Source: an uncultured Acidobacteriota bacterium (lineage in GTDB: Bacteria; Acidobacteriota; UBA6911). Taken from it: a stretch of 64,000 nucleotides of DNA. Location: assembly GCA_963827655.1 (NCBI GenBank), contig CAWHCF010000049.1, positions 352,001 through 416,000 on the forward strand. Direction: 5' to 3'. Positions 41,948 through 55,107 of this stretch are shown here, piece by piece. Made by a program: the position numbers and the translations under genes. The notes below the pieces were generated by a model that saw only the letters and a list, made by a program, of their open reading frames with translations, had not been told where the DNA came from and searched no databases. Numbering within the stretch: position 1 is the first letter of the stretch; each line of letters opens with the position of its first letter.

Positions 41948-42781
41948 ATGAGGCCGACTACCTTCACACTCGCCCTGATCGTGATCTTCGGTACGGCCTG
42001 CAGCCGCGCGCCTTCCGATAATCCTGAGGGAGAGCGGCGAGCCAACCCTGGCGTGCATGACGCCCTGAAAGCGAAAAACCCGGGCTACAGCGGCCAGGGG
42101 CAATTCGAGCCACGAGCCGGCGGGTTTGCAGCCACGTTGCGTGAGAGCGGGATCAGCGATCTCAGTCCCTTGAAAGAAATGCCCCTGAGAGAACTCGATC
42201 TCCAGAATAATCCCGTCACTGACTTGAGCCCGCTGCAGGGGTTGCCGCTGGAAGCGCTTTACCTCGAGGGAACTCAGGTCAGCGATCTTCGACCGCTCAA
42301 AGGCATGTCGCTGCGCGTTCTCTATCTCAGTGGAACCAAGGTGAGCGACCTTTCGCCCCTCAGAGGTGTGCCTCTGCGCGAACTCAATCTGCTGGGCACG
42401 CAGGTCACGGATCTCGCGCCTCTCTACGGCGCGCCGCTGGAGATCGCGTGGCTCAACGAAACACCGGTGCGCGATCTGACCCCGCTCGAAGCTTCGCCAC
42501 TCGTCAGCCTGACAATCCACCGGACACGCGTCGAGAATCTCAGCCCGATTCGCAAGTTGAAAACCCTCCAGCGGCTCCATCTGGCTGAGACCCCGGTCAG
42601 TGATCTGACGCCGCTTGAAGGCATGGAACTGGTTCGATTGATTTTTTCGCCCGGGCGCATTCGGAAGGGGATCGGGGTAGCGAGGAAGATGAGTTCGATC
42701 CGCGAAATCGGCACCGACCTTGAGGGACGACTCTCACCCGCTGTATTCTGGGAGATGTACGATAAGGGGGAATTCAAGTAA
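41948..42781 (+). CDS. Leucine-rich repeat lipoprotein
   Basis: Lipobox GTAC; 21-aa repeats L.L.GT.VSDLSPL.G.PL. Confidence 0.85.
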   Translation: MRPTTFTLALIVIFGTACSRAPSDNPEGERRANPGVHDALKAKNPGYSGQGQFEPRAGGFAATLRESGISDLSPLKEMPLRELDLQNNPVTDLSPLQGLPLEALYLEGTQVSDLRPLKGMSLRVLYLSGTKVSDLSPLRGVPLRELNLLGTQVTDLAPLYGAPLEIAWLNETPVRDLTPLEASPLVSLTIHRTRVENLSPIRKLKTLQRLHLAETPVSDLTPLEGMELVRLIFSPGRIRKGIGVARKMSSIREIGTDLEGRLSPAVFWEMYDKGEFK

Positions 42782-42852
42782 GCGTCTTCGTGTCTCAGCG
42801 GTTAGTACTGAAAAACCAAAGCCACCGCCAAGACACGAGGACACAAAGAAGC

Positions 42853-44160
<1,308 letters not shown>

Positions 44161-44353
44161 CGAGTTACCTTTCGGGTTTTGACCAGCGAGCTTAAGATGA
44201 CATTTTGTCATTATACAGAAGAAACTTGGCGCCGCGAAACAAATACCACGACGAAACAAAGACACGAAGAAACGCTAAGCGACCGATTCTAATCGTGATG
44301 CGCGGGTACGATTGACAAAACGTGAAAGCGATGCCATTAATAATTCGTTTTTA

Positions 44354-44508
44354 GTCGCCTAAGTTGTCCTCCCTTCCTGGGGGTCAACGCGGGGGAACCA
44401 GATCCTCGAAGTAATTCGAGGCGGGGCTTATGATCGCATGTGAGTGCGACCACGGCAACTTCCAATGCCGAGCCCGTCAGCTAACCTCGCCGGCATTTGG
44501 AAGGGCGA
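44354..44508 (+). ncRNA. Cyclic di-AMP riboswitch (ydaO/yuaA class)
   Basis: Hallmarks GGGGGAACC..GCGGGG..CCGAGCCCGTCAGCTAACCTCGCCGGC; closing stem TCGCC/GGCGA; upstream TTGACA..CATTAAT promoter-like site. Confidence 0.8.
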
Positions 44509-44611
44509 TCCTCTAGGGTTGAATTCCCAATACCCAAGATCTCCCCAGAAAAACGGCATTGAGCGGTGGAAGCCGCTTGCATCGGGATGCGATTCCCTGG
44601 GAGAGGTGCGT

Positions 44612-46599
44612 ATGTCTGGCGGAGCAACAATACTTTTGACAGTCGTGTTCGCAGGGTTAGCGCTTTTTGTCGGCGCCCTGGTGGTTCTGTTTTCGATTCG
44701 CAGGATTGGTCCTACTGAGGTGGGGTTGGTCACGAAGAGATTTTCGGGAAAGAAGCTCGCCAATGACAATCCGATCGCTTTCGCTGGCGAGGCCGGCTAC
44801 CAGGCCGCGTTGTTAATGCCTGGATTGAGATGGAAACCATGGCCGTTGTACAAAGTTGAAAAGTTCACCTGGATCCAGGTGCCGGCCGGTGAAATCGGCG
44901 TGGTCATCGCGCAGGTGGGCCAGCCTTTGCCTATAGGCGCCAAATCCGCCCTGTATAAGGCCGAGTTCGGCACCTTCGCCGATCTCGAGAGCTTCATCGT
45001 TAACGGCGGGCAGAAGGGCGTGCAACGGCCCGTGCTTTCCCTGGGACGTTGGTCCCGATTCATCCCGTAGGTTTCCTTGTCATTACCAAGAGCAAGGTGT
45101 ACGGGCTGCCGGTTTCGCCCGAATTGAAGCGGAGCGCCAGGCTCACTGCGGAATCCTTCGGGCTAAAGCCGGAGCAGCTGGATCTCATGAGGATCTCGCC
45201 CCAGCCAAGAGGAGGGCAACACGGAGTGATTGACACGATCGGCATCGTCACTGTCTTTGAAGGCGACCCTTTGCCTTCCGGCGACATTGCAAGTCGTCTG
45301 GGTGGTTTCACCGATGTGGAGCAGATGGAACAATCCGGAGTCGAAGACGCTCAGATCATCGAGAGACTCCTGGGAAACAAGAACCACCTGCACAATAACT
45401 ACCAGGATTTTCAGGCGTTCCTGGACAATGGCGGAAAGATCGGTCTGCAGCATGATCCGCTGATGTACGGCGCCTACGCCTTGAATCCGTTTCTGGTGAG
45501 CGTTGAACTTGTCCCAATGCTGGTTGTGAAGCAAGGAGAGGTGGCGGTGATCAAAGCTTATGTCGGCCTGGTTACCCAGGATACATCTGGCGCTGAATTC
45601 AAATTCGGCTCACTGGTAAGGCCGGGTCATCGAGGGATATGGCAAGAGGCGCTGCGGACCGGCAAATACCCGATCAATCCGCGCTGCTACGAAGCAGAAA
45701 TCGTTCCGACGGCGATCTTGACCCTCAATTGGGCAGACGCCGTTTCCCAGGCCCACAACCTGGATGCCCAGCTGAAGCAGATCCGGGCCAAGAGCGGCGA
45801 GGGCTTTGTGTTCGATATCGACCTCCAGGTGCAAATCCATGTTCCGGATACCAAGGCCCCTAGAGTCATCACCATGGTTGGTACCATGAGGAATCTTGTC
45901 AATGAGGTTTTGCAGGCGGCAGTGGGAAACCATTTCAGAGACAAGCTCCAGAGCATGCCCGCGATCAAGTTCATCGAGATGCGGCAGCAAGTCCAGGTGG
46001 ATGCCTTCAACCACATCAAAACGGAGCTGGAGCAATATCAGGTCGAGACGCGCGGCGTCTACATTCAGGATGTCATTCTGCCTCAGGATCTGGTCAAGGT
46101 TCTGACCGAACGCGAGATCGCGAATCAGGAGATCCAGACCTTCAGGAGGCAGAAGGAGGCTCAGGACCAGAGAATCGACATGGAGCGCGCCACCGGGATC
46201 GCAGACATGCAGGCTCAATTAGCCAAGTCGACGGTCGGCGTCGAGATCGAAAAGAATAATGCCAACGCAAGAAAAGCGCAGGCCGATGGCGAGTCGGCGT
46301 ATATTCGTGAAACCGGCGCCGCCAAAGGGGCCGAGGTTGAGGCTATCGGACTGGCCCGCGCCAAGGGTTACGAGTCCCAGGTGAAGGCTCTGGGCCCTGG
46401 CTCGACGACGATTGTAAACGCCCTGAATGCCCTGGCCGAGAGCAGGGTCCGGTTCGTTCCCGATGTCCTGGTTTCGGGGGGCAGCAGCGTGACGGCTATT
46501 GACGCGCTCGCCGGTGTCCTCACGAAATACGTCAATGGGCATAACGGGCAGACTGTACCTGGCAACTCGTCCGATTGCGGAAAAAGCATCGCGACTTAG
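44612..46599 (+). CDS. SPFH/flotillin-like membrane protein (frameshift near 45045)
   Basis: N-terminal TM, GEAGYQA..PG, GQKG.Q, band-7 domain, coiled coil with EAIGLARA. Confidence 0.85.
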
Positions 46600-46705
46600 G
46601 CGGCGAGTGCGGCCCAGGATTCCCGGTGTTTCCTCATGGCTTCGCGTCTTAGTGGTTCGAGCTGCAGAGCAAAGACCACAAGACGCGAAGAACAAGTTTC
46701 AGTGG

Positions 46706-49700
46706 TTAGAAGCTCAGCCGGAAACCAATCTGAATTCTTCGAGGATCGAACGCGGAGGTGTACCCCAGCGCGACGCTCGGGCCCACGTCCTTTCTGGCCT
46801 TGACCCTGTACGGCGGGGCGAAGCTTGGGCCCACGGTGTTGTTTACGCTGGCGAAGTTCAGGCGATTGAAAAGATTGAAGGCCTCGAAGATTAACTCCAG
46901 ATTTCGACTCTCTGACCCAAGACCGATCCGGCGACCCAGGCGCAAGTCGAGTGTCCAGAAATTCGGGCCTATGCCGGTATTGCGCCCGGCAAAGACAGGA
47001 CGGTCGGTGGTTGAATGGCGATCGCCGTTGAGCTCGCCTCCGACCAGCAGATTGAAGGGCCGCGTGCTGTTGGCGCGGAAGATCGGAGTCAGGACAAAGT
47101 CTGCGAGGACATTTGAGAGCGCCGAGTTGCCGGATCCCGACCGATACGGACTCTGAAGAAAGGCATAAATGACGAACTTGTGCCTCTGGTCGAACGCGGA
47201 AAGGGCGCGCTCGAGCCGCACGTTAGTCTGGTCATTAGGCTGGAAATCGCTGTTGTAGTCGGTCACTTCATCAATAGCCTTGCTGAAAGTGTAGCTTCCC
47301 GACAGGCTGACATTACCGTGGAAGCGTTTGCTGATCTCCACGATCATGCCGTGGTAAAAAGCCCTGGCCGAAGATTCGTAGACATTCTCCTGAAACAGCA
47401 GCGGGTCTCGAAAGCAAGCGGTGATCCCGGCACCCGCGCACCCGGATGCAGCCGTCCAGTCCGAGAATTCCAAGGGGCCCTACCGGGCGTGGAAGGACGT
47501 TGATATCCCGGGCGCGCGTAATCTTGAGGGTACTGCGCGAAGATGTAGTTAGCCGCCGTGCTGAAGCCCGACGCGAACTCGTGTTCGATACCAAGGCTGG
47601 CCTGTTGCGAATACGCGTTCCGATAGTTCGGGTCGGGCCGGAAGAGCACGGTAAGCGGCGGCCGGGGTCCGGTCTGCGAGACGATGATCCCGAACTGAGC
47701 AAGGTCTGCAGGTGTGATCGTCCGGGTGGTTTGCGGGACGCCAATCACCCCCTGGGCCCGCAGCGTCTGGAATATATTGATGGGGCCGTTCACTGCCAGG
47801 GGATTTGCGGCATTGAGCGTGGTCAAGACCTGCGCAATCTGACGGAAGCCGTCGATTTCGTTCAGGGCATCCACTACATAGTCGATCTGATAGTAGATGG
47901 GAGAGTAAAAGATGCCGTAACCGCCGCGGATAACCGTTCGCTTGTTGTTCCACGGGTCCCACGCGAATCCGAACCGGGGTGCGAAGTTGTTCTTATCTGT
48001 GGGAAGCGGGTCGCGGCGATCGTCCAGTTCGTAACGCAGGCCGTAGTTGAGCGTCAGGTTGGAGCGCAAGTTCCAGCTGTCCTGTGCGTAAAAGGCGACG
48101 AAAGGGTCGGTGCTTGCAATCGTCGGGTCACCGAATCCGGTCTGGTAGGACTGGGGCAGGCCGAGATCGAATGCCTGGAGAGCAGTGATGGGGGCGGCCC
48201 CGAGAGCCGGGCTGACGAGAGCGCCCGGCAGGGTCCCGAATCCGAATCGGCCGCCGAAGAATGTGTGGGACTCGAATTCTCCCCCGCGGATAAGGACGAC
48301 GGCACCCAATTTAAATCGATGCTTCCCGCGCGAAAGGATCAGGTTGTCTGCTGCTTCGTACCGTCGCTCGGTATTGAAGGATGGCAGAAAAATATCCCGG
48401 TTGAAGAAACCGAAGCCGGTAATGTTGAACTCCGGGCCGTTGGGCTCGTTCGGCCGCACATTGTACTTCCGGTAATTCCATTGAAAACGCGCTTCGTTCA
48501 CCAGGCTCGGACTGAAGATACGGGTCCAGCCCGCGACCGCGTTACTGTCGAGCCCATGAACGTTGTTCGACCGCGAAAAGCCCAGCAGCGCCCGCGTGCT
48601 CTGGTTCCCCTCGTCGGTGTTGGAGTAGTTGTAGCGCAGGAACAGCTGGTCACTGGTGCTGGCGCTGTGGTCGATTCGCACCGAGAAGGCTTTCGAGTTT
48701 GTGGTGAAAGGAAAAACGCCGCTGTTGGCCCGGAACAGGTCGACGGTGCTTTGCTTGCTGGTCAAAGCCCCGCGTAACACTGTCGCGCAGACCGCGGGTG
48801 GCAGCATCGCAGCAGCCGGCACCGCCGGCAGGCACGCGATCGGAGCGGTGCTGGTATTGGAAGCCAGGGCACTCAGGATTGCGGTTTGAGCCGTCGTGGG
48901 CTGAAAGATCGGAAAGGTCGGTCAGAACCGGCACGGCCGATGATTCGTCGCGATTGAGTCCCTCGAAACCTCCAAAGAAAAAAGTTCGATCCTTCCGCAC
49001 GGGGAAGCTCAGGGTCCCGCCGTACTGCTGCCGTTGGGAAGGTGGCTTGATGCGCTGCGGCGTGGTTCCGACCAGCTCGATGGCAAAGGGATCCCCCGCA
49101 TCCAGCTTGTCGTGGCGGAAGAAACCAAAGGCGCGGCCGTGAAAGTTATTGCTGCCTGACTTGGAGACGATATTGATCACGCCACCACTGGCCCCGCCAA
49201 ATTCTGCCGCGTAGTTGCTCCGGTTTATCTGGAACTCCTGCACCGCCTCCTGGCTGAGCGTTGAACGCACGCCGCCGCCCGCGTCGTTTGCCTCCGCTCC
49301 GTCCACGGTTACGCTGTTTCCGCGCCCGTTGCTGCCGTAAAACGAGAGGCCGCTTTGCGCGGCTCTGCGTCACACGAAAGTCGGTATTGTCGGCCAGAGC
49401 GTTGGAATCGACCACTCCAGGCGCCAGGAGGGTAAAGCTCAGGTAGTCGCGGCGATCGATCGGAAGATTGCGAATGTAGTTTTCTTCGATCGTGTTGGAT
49501 TGTGTGGCGCGCTCGGTCTCAATTGCCGGTGGTTCCCCTGAGACGGTGATGGTCTGGGCCGATGTGCCGACCTGAAGGCGAAAGTCGATGGCAAGAGTCT
49601 GGCCCACGGTGACGTGAGCGCTGCGTACTTGAGCGGCAAAGCCGCTCAACTCGACTCGGACTTCGTAAGCGCCGGGAGGGAGGAGGAGGATGCGGTATTC

Positions 49701-49899
49701 GCCCCGTTCATCTGTGATAGCGGTACGCGAGAAACCCGTATCGGTGTTTGTAACCGTGACGGTTGCTCCGGGCACGACCGCCGCCCGAAGCATCGGTGGT
49801 GGTTCCCTTGATTTCTCCTGAGGAGGCGTTGGACTGTGGCAGCGCATGCAGGCAACAGAAGAGAACGGCGACGAATGCGAGCAAGATTGTCTTCCACAT
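46706..49899 (-). CDS. TonB-dependent receptor, Oar-like with carboxypeptidase-regulatory N-domain (frameshifted)
   Basis: Signal peptide; LPPGAYEV, AVQEFQI..AEFG..SGGVIN.VSKSG.N, DKNNFAPRFGFAW, C-terminal RRIQIGFRLSF. Confidence 0.9.
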
Positions 49900-50118
49900 A
49901 TTTTTCTCCTTGGAGGGGAAGGGTGTATGCATCCCGTTTACAAGCAGGCCCTTTAATGTCCTCATTCTCCCCTAAATAGCCGCGTCCAGCAAGTGTCTCC
50001 AGATTCCTGGTGCTTCCTCCTGTCTTCGCGGCCTGGCGGTATTTGTGTCGACGACTCTAATAAACGCATACGTAGAACACTCTTGTTCCGGAATATACTA
50101 TGGGCGCGCTCGACAACT

Positions 50119-51336
50119 ATGCCCGATCCTTCTCTCATTCACCGGCAGTCGTTCTTCGGCTTTGCCTCGCTGCGGCTGCTGGGAGCTTCTTCTGCAGCGG
50201 CCTCGAACCTGAAAATCGAGGGGATGGAAGTCTTCGTGGTCGATGTCAGTCCCAAAGGCAACTGGATTTTCGTTCGCCTCAAGACGAACCGGCATCTGAC
50301 CGGATTGGGGGAGGCTTCGCACGGGTTTGGCGCCAGCCACACACATGCTGCCGACGCCGAGCGCATGACAGGCGCGCTCAAAGAGTTTTTTGAGCTGATT
50401 CGAGAGCAGAGTCCATTCGAACTTGAAGAGTATCGGCGTCGCGCCAGGACCCGGGCGAAATCCGGCGGCCTCATGCTGGCGACGGCATTCAGCGCACTGG
50501 AACAGGCTCAGTGGGATCTGGTGGGAAAAGCGCTGGGCGTTCCGGTGAACAGGTTGTTCGGCGGCGAGGCGCGTAGCGAGCTTCCGCTCTACGCGAACAT
50601 CAACCGCGCCACGATCGAACGGTCGCCGGCAGCATTCGCCGCGAATGCCGCCAAGGCGGCGGAGCAAGGATTTCGCGCGATCAAGGCGGCGCCTTTCGAC
50701 GGGTTCCCGCCCTTGACGGCTCCACGAGAGCTGATCGCAAGAGCTGTGGACGACGGCATCGCGAGCGTCGCCGCGATGCGCCGGGCTATCGGTCCGGAGG
50801 TGGATTTGATGATCGACTGTCACAGCAAGTTCGACGTCGACCTATCGATCGAGATCGCGCGCCGTCTGGCGCCGCATGATCTTGCGTGGTATGAGGAGCC
50901 GGTAGCTCCGGAACAGACCGAGGAGACAAAGATCATCCGTTCATCGATCAAACAGCGCATGGCAGGCGGCGAACTACTCTTCGGCGTCGAGGGATTCGCT
51001 CCATTGTGTCGCGATCATGGATTGGACGTCATCATGCCTGACGTCAAGCATTGCGGGGGAATCCTGGAAGGACAGGAGATTGCCGCGCTGGCCCAACTCG
51101 AGAATCTCGAGGTTTCACCCCACAACCCGAGCGGTCCCGTGGCCACTGCGGCCAGCGTCCAGTGGTGCGCAGGGATGCCAAACTTCACTCTTCTCGAGTA
51201 CCAGTGGAATGAGGTTCCGTGGCGCAGTGACCTCATCACGCCTCCCGAGCGCTTCCACCACGGCCGCATTCGCGTGCCCGCCGAACCGGGGTTCGGCATC
51301 GAGTTGAACGATAGGGTAGTGCAGGCGCATAGCTGA
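50119..51336 (+). CDS. Mandelate racemase/muconate lactonizing family, galactonate dehydratase-like
   Basis: NWIFV, WDLVGKALGVPV, DCH, WYEEP, GE, PDVKHCGG, PHNPSGP. Confidence 0.85.
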   Translation: MPDPSLIHRQSFFGFASLRLLGASSAAASNLKIEGMEVFVVDVSPKGNWIFVRLKTNRHLTGLGEASHGFGASHTHAADAERMTGALKEFFELIREQSPFELEEYRRRARTRAKSGGLMLATAFSALEQAQWDLVGKALGVPVNRLFGGEARSELPLYANINRATIERSPAAFAANAAKAAEQGFRAIKAAPFDGFPPLTAPRELIARAVDDGIASVAAMRRAIGPEVDLMIDCHSKFDVDLSIEIARRLAPHDLAWYEEPVAPEQTEETKIIRSSIKQRMAGGELLFGVEGFAPLCRDHGLDVIMPDVKHCGGILEGQEIAALAQLENLEVSPHNPSGPVATAASVQWCAGMPNFTLLEYQWNEVPWRSDLITPPERFHHGRIRVPAEPGFGIELNDRVVQAHS

Positions 51337-51705
51337 AGCCTTTCAACTGCATCACGAACACGCTTGCGGATACGAATCGTGTCATCGTCGTCGGCGTGCG
51401 ATTTAACTTTTGAAATTCCCATCACGACGTGAAGAAACCCCAGGAATAGCACCTCAAAACTTCTCTTTTCCCATGAATTAGTGAAACGAAACCGGGTGGT
51501 CGATCATAGAAGTATGTGGATACCGTGGGATTTGCCAATGGGAACGTTCTCTTTGAGCGGAAAGTAATTTGAACCGAATACGCGGTTTCGACGTCGATTG
51601 CAATTGAACTTCCCCTGATTTCGATGGCGGGTTTTTGCTGCGTTTCTCGCTTAATAATATGCGGTGAGGTTTTCTTTGGAGATCTGCTTCTTGAAAGGTA
51701 CGACC

Positions 51706-52920
51706 ATGCGGTCGAGGGTTTTAATACCGGCTTTTTGTTTAATATTGTTGGTGGTTTCGGGCGCAAGTGCTCAGACTTCAGATGATTTCTTCAGCCCTAA
51801 TGAACTACATGAGATTCGCCTCTACATCCATCCGGTCGATTGGGCTAAGCTGCGCGCAAATTACCTGGACAACACCTACTACGACTGCACCTTTGTGTGG
51901 CGCTCCGGGCAGTACGAAGTCGCCTCCGAGTACATCCAGGTTCGCTCGCGCGGTCTGGGGAGCCGCAGCCCAGACAAACCAGGTCTTCGACTGGATTTCG
52001 ACCCTTTCAGCGATAGACCCCAGAGGTTCTTGGGACTCAAGTCTTGCGTCCTGGACAACCTGGTCCAGGACCCTTCCATGCTCAGAGAACGGTTGAGCAT
52101 GCAACTCTTTGAACGGCTGGGACTACCCATCTCCCGCGAAGCCAATGCCCGCCTCTACGTCAACGATCAGTACCTTGGGCTTTACACAATTGTGGAATCC
52201 GTGGATAAGGATTTCCTCAAACGCAACTTCGGCGAAAATGACGGTTATCTTTACGAGTACCAGTGGGTGTATCCCTACTACTTCACCTGGCTGGGCGACG
52301 ATCTCTCGCGTTATCAAGAGCTGTTCGACCCCAAGACCCATGAAAAGGATTCCAAGGCGGCGCTCTACGGTCCGATCGAAGCCATGATTCGCGCCATAAA
52401 TCAGTCCGGCCAGGAAAACCTCGAGAACTCCATGGCCGGATACCTCGATCTGAGGATGTTCGTAACCCTTGCCGCCGTCGAGAGCTTCCTCGCGGAGGCC
52501 GATGGCATCCTGGGCTATGCCGGGATGAACAACTTTTATTTGTACCGTTTTGAAGGCAAGGATCTGTTCCAGTTCATTCCCTGGGATATGGACAACTCAA
52601 TCAGGTCGATTAACAGTTCGATCTGGGACCGGGTCAACGAAAATGAGTTAATGCGCCAGGCGCTGGAGATTCCCGAACTGCGCAGCCTGTTCCTGGAAAC
52701 ATTGTTGACCTGCGCGGATGTGGCAGGCGGACCCGAGGGATGGCTCGAAGGCGAAATCGAGCGCGAGTACCAGCAGATCCGCGACGCCGCACTCGCCGAC
52801 CCCCACAAGCCCTATTCGAACGACGACTTCGAGAATGAGGTGAATTTCCTGAGGCAGTTTGCCCGCGAGCGCAGCGCAAACGTCTGGAGCGAAGTTGTGG
52901 CGAACCTTCCACAACCCTAG
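51706..52920 (+). CDS. CotH kinase family secreted protein
   Basis: RSRG.GSR..KP, DPSMLRE, YLGLY..VE, NNFYLY, IPWDMD. Confidence 0.88.
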   Translation: MRSRVLIPAFCLILLVVSGASAQTSDDFFSPNELHEIRLYIHPVDWAKLRANYLDNTYYDCTFVWRSGQYEVASEYIQVRSRGLGSRSPDKPGLRLDFDPFSDRPQRFLGLKSCVLDNLVQDPSMLRERLSMQLFERLGLPISREANARLYVNDQYLGLYTIVESVDKDFLKRNFGENDGYLYEYQWVYPYYFTWLGDDLSRYQELFDPKTHEKDSKAALYGPIEAMIRAINQSGQENLENSMAGYLDLRMFVTLAAVESFLAEADGILGYAGMNNFYLYRFEGKDLFQFIPWDMDNSIRSINSSIWDRVNENELMRQALEIPELRSLFLETLLTCADVAGGPEGWLEGEIEREYQQIRDAALADPHKPYSNDDFENEVNFLRQFARERSANVWSEVVANLPQP

Positions 52921-52950
52921 CTTTTCTTCGCGTCTTAGCGGTGACTTCGA

Positions 52951-53754
52951 ATGAGTTCGAGATCAGCCATATCGGGGCGGTACGTGTATTCAAGGAGGCG
53001 GCTGCGCGATGTGCTGCACAGGCAGGAAACGCGGCGGGGCCTGCTGATTGCCTTCGAGGGACCGGATGGCGCGGGCAAGACGACCCAGCGAAAACTTTTC
53101 AAAGAGTGGCTGAAGAGCGAGGGTCACGAGGTCGTTACAACCAAGTGGAAATCGTCGCCTGTGATCAAGCCACTTCTCACGGCGCGGAAGGCTGCGCGCG
53201 CTCTCAATCCCGAAGAGTTCTGCTTGCTTCACGCCGCCGACTTTCGGCACCGGCTGGAAAACGTGATTCTGCCGGCGTTGTGGCAAGGGAAGATGGTGGT
53301 GGCGGACCGGTACTTGTTCACAGGTCTGGCGCGCGACGGGGCGCGGGGTTTGACACTGGACTGGATGATGTCTGTCTATGGTCCGTTGCTGTGGCCGGAC
53401 GTGGTCTTCTACTTCTCGGTCTCTCCGGAGACCTCGGGCCGCCGCGTCACCGCGAGTCGCACACCAAAGTTCTACGAGGCAGGCCAGGACATCACCGATA
53501 TCGAGGATCCGCTCGAAAGCTTCAGGCAGTTTACCGGACGTGTGATTGAAGAATACGAAGCGCTGGCGCTGATCTTCCGATTCGTTAAGGTGGACGCCGA
53601 GCAGTCGATTCATGAACAGCATCGATTGATTCGTCAAGTATTCCAGGAGGGGCAGCGGCGTCCCTGGGCCGAATGGAATGTGGATGCGGTGCTGGACTGG
53701 CTGGCGAGTAAACCCGTGATGGACCTTGGAATGGAGATCCCAATTGGGGCGTGA
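52951..53754 (+). CDS. tmk: dTMP kinase family protein
   Basis: FEGPDGAGKTTQ, ADRY, PD. Confidence 0.75.
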   Translation: MSSRSAISGRYVYSRRRLRDVLHRQETRRGLLIAFEGPDGAGKTTQRKLFKEWLKSEGHEVVTTKWKSSPVIKPLLTARKAARALNPEEFCLLHAADFRHRLENVILPALWQGKMVVADRYLFTGLARDGARGLTLDWMMSVYGPLLWPDVVFYFSVSPETSGRRVTASRTPKFYEAGQDITDIEDPLESFRQFTGRVIEEYEALALIFRFVKVDAEQSIHEQHRLIRQVFQEGQRRPWAEWNVDAVLDWLASKPVMDLGMEIPIGA

Positions 53755-54376
53755 CTCTATACCAAAAGGGCAACTGATTGCCGTTGAAGGCGGGCAGGGG
53801 CGCTACGTTGGCGCTGCGGCCCGGTTCTTGCTGCGCTATTCAAAAGTAGAAGCGGGAATCAGCGCATGGGATGCCTCCAGCATCTTCTATGAAATGCGAT
53901 GCGGCAATCCCGGCGATTCCGGTCTGTCGCCAAGGGTGCTGGTACTGCTTTATGCTGCGGATCTGGCGTTCAGACTTCGATGGGACATTCGCCCCGCGCT
54001 CGAGGAAGGGCGCTGCGTGATCGCGGCGCCTTACGTCGAAACCGCCATCGCTTTCGGCCGGGCCGCCGGCCTGCCGCATCGCTGGCTGGTTCAGTTGTTC
54101 CGATTCGCGATCAAACCTCACGCCTGCTACCGCATCGGTGGACGGTCTGAATCACCGCTGGACGAACCCGCCGCCGGTTATCTGGAGTTTTGCTGCTCGA
54201 CGCTGAGCGCTGGCTCTCCCTCTTGGAATTCGGCAGAACTACTCCGGAGATTTGGAAACTACCTTGACCGACTGGAGCGGCGAAGCGCGCGCACGACGAT
54301 GGTCGTGCAGCCGTTGCCTCCGGCGGATCGATCACCCGGTTTTGCCCGCCACGATCTTCGCAGCACTGCCCGATAA
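53726..54376 (+). CDS. Degenerate thymidylate kinase-like protein
   Basis: LIAVEG, LLYAADLAFRL...IRPALEEG..VIA; P-loop GKT absent. Confidence 0.65.
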   Translation: MEWRSQLGRDSIPKGQLIAVEGGQGRYVGAAARFLLRYSKVEAGISAWDASSIFYEMRCGNPGDSGLSPRVLVLLYAADLAFRLRWDIRPALEEGRCVIAAPYVETAIAFGRAAGLPHRWLVQLFRFAIKPHACYRIGGRSESPLDEPAAGYLEFCCSTLSAGSPSWNSAELLRRFGNYLDRLERRSARTTMVVQPLPPADRSPGFARHDLRSTAR

Positions 54377-54669
54377 AAATTCTTCCGCCTTCCCCTTCAG
54401 CCTGCTCCGAACCTTAGTCGGCTGGTGTTTCTTCGTGTCTTTGTGTCTTTGTGGTTACTTTCCCCTCAGCACTTTTTACTTTTCACTCTCCACAGGAGTT
54501 CTGCCAAATTTCCTTGTCCGGAATGAGCGGCGATAATAAGATCGACGCACCGGGAACGTCGAGATGCACTAACGCCTGCGCATGTTAGCATTCGCAAAAA
54601 GGGGGTGGGGGATGAAGCTTGTCTGCATATTATGCTCCGCCTGGGTGAGCCTGGCCGCAGTCGCGGCAT

Positions 54670-54807
54670 CTGGACGAAAGCGGCGATCTCAAGATGACCA
54701 CTGATTTCCGGCGCGTTTACGCGACGATGCTGGACGAATGGATGGGATGCAAAGATATCCGCTCGCTCTTGCGCGGCGACTATTCCGCCCTGGGAGTTTT
54801 CAGCTAA
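54670..54807 (+). pseudogene. DUF1501-like C-terminal remnant
   Basis: Manual translation: LDESGDLKMTTDFRRVYATMLDEWMG..LLRGDY. Confidence 0.65.
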
Positions 54808-55040
54808 GGGTTCGCGCAGAAATAAGTTCGCATTCTGCTGCAGGCCCCCAGGCCCGCTGGCGAGACGCGAGCGACGATGCGTACCCGGCGCGGTACGTGA
54901 GGAGCTAGCAACAAAGCCAGCGGGCCTGCGGGCCGCAGCCCGAAGGGGCGCGATCCTCGGCGGCTTAGCGAACAGAAACCGGTTCATGATTTGACCACCA
55001 ACTCTCGCGCCAGAATGTGAAGTTATTTCTGTGCGAGCCC
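54808..55040. mobile_element. MITE, ~233 bp, with ~30-bp terminal inverted repeats and TAA target duplication
   Basis: TAA|GGGTTCGCGCAGAAATAAGTTCGCATTCTG ... CAGAATGTGAAGTTATTTCTGTGCGAGCCC|TAA. Confidence 0.8.
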
Positions 55041-55107
55041 TAAGATTCTCGGAGTTTTCGGGTCCACTCACGAAGACCTGACGCTACCCGTATCACCGGA
55101 GAGCAGG

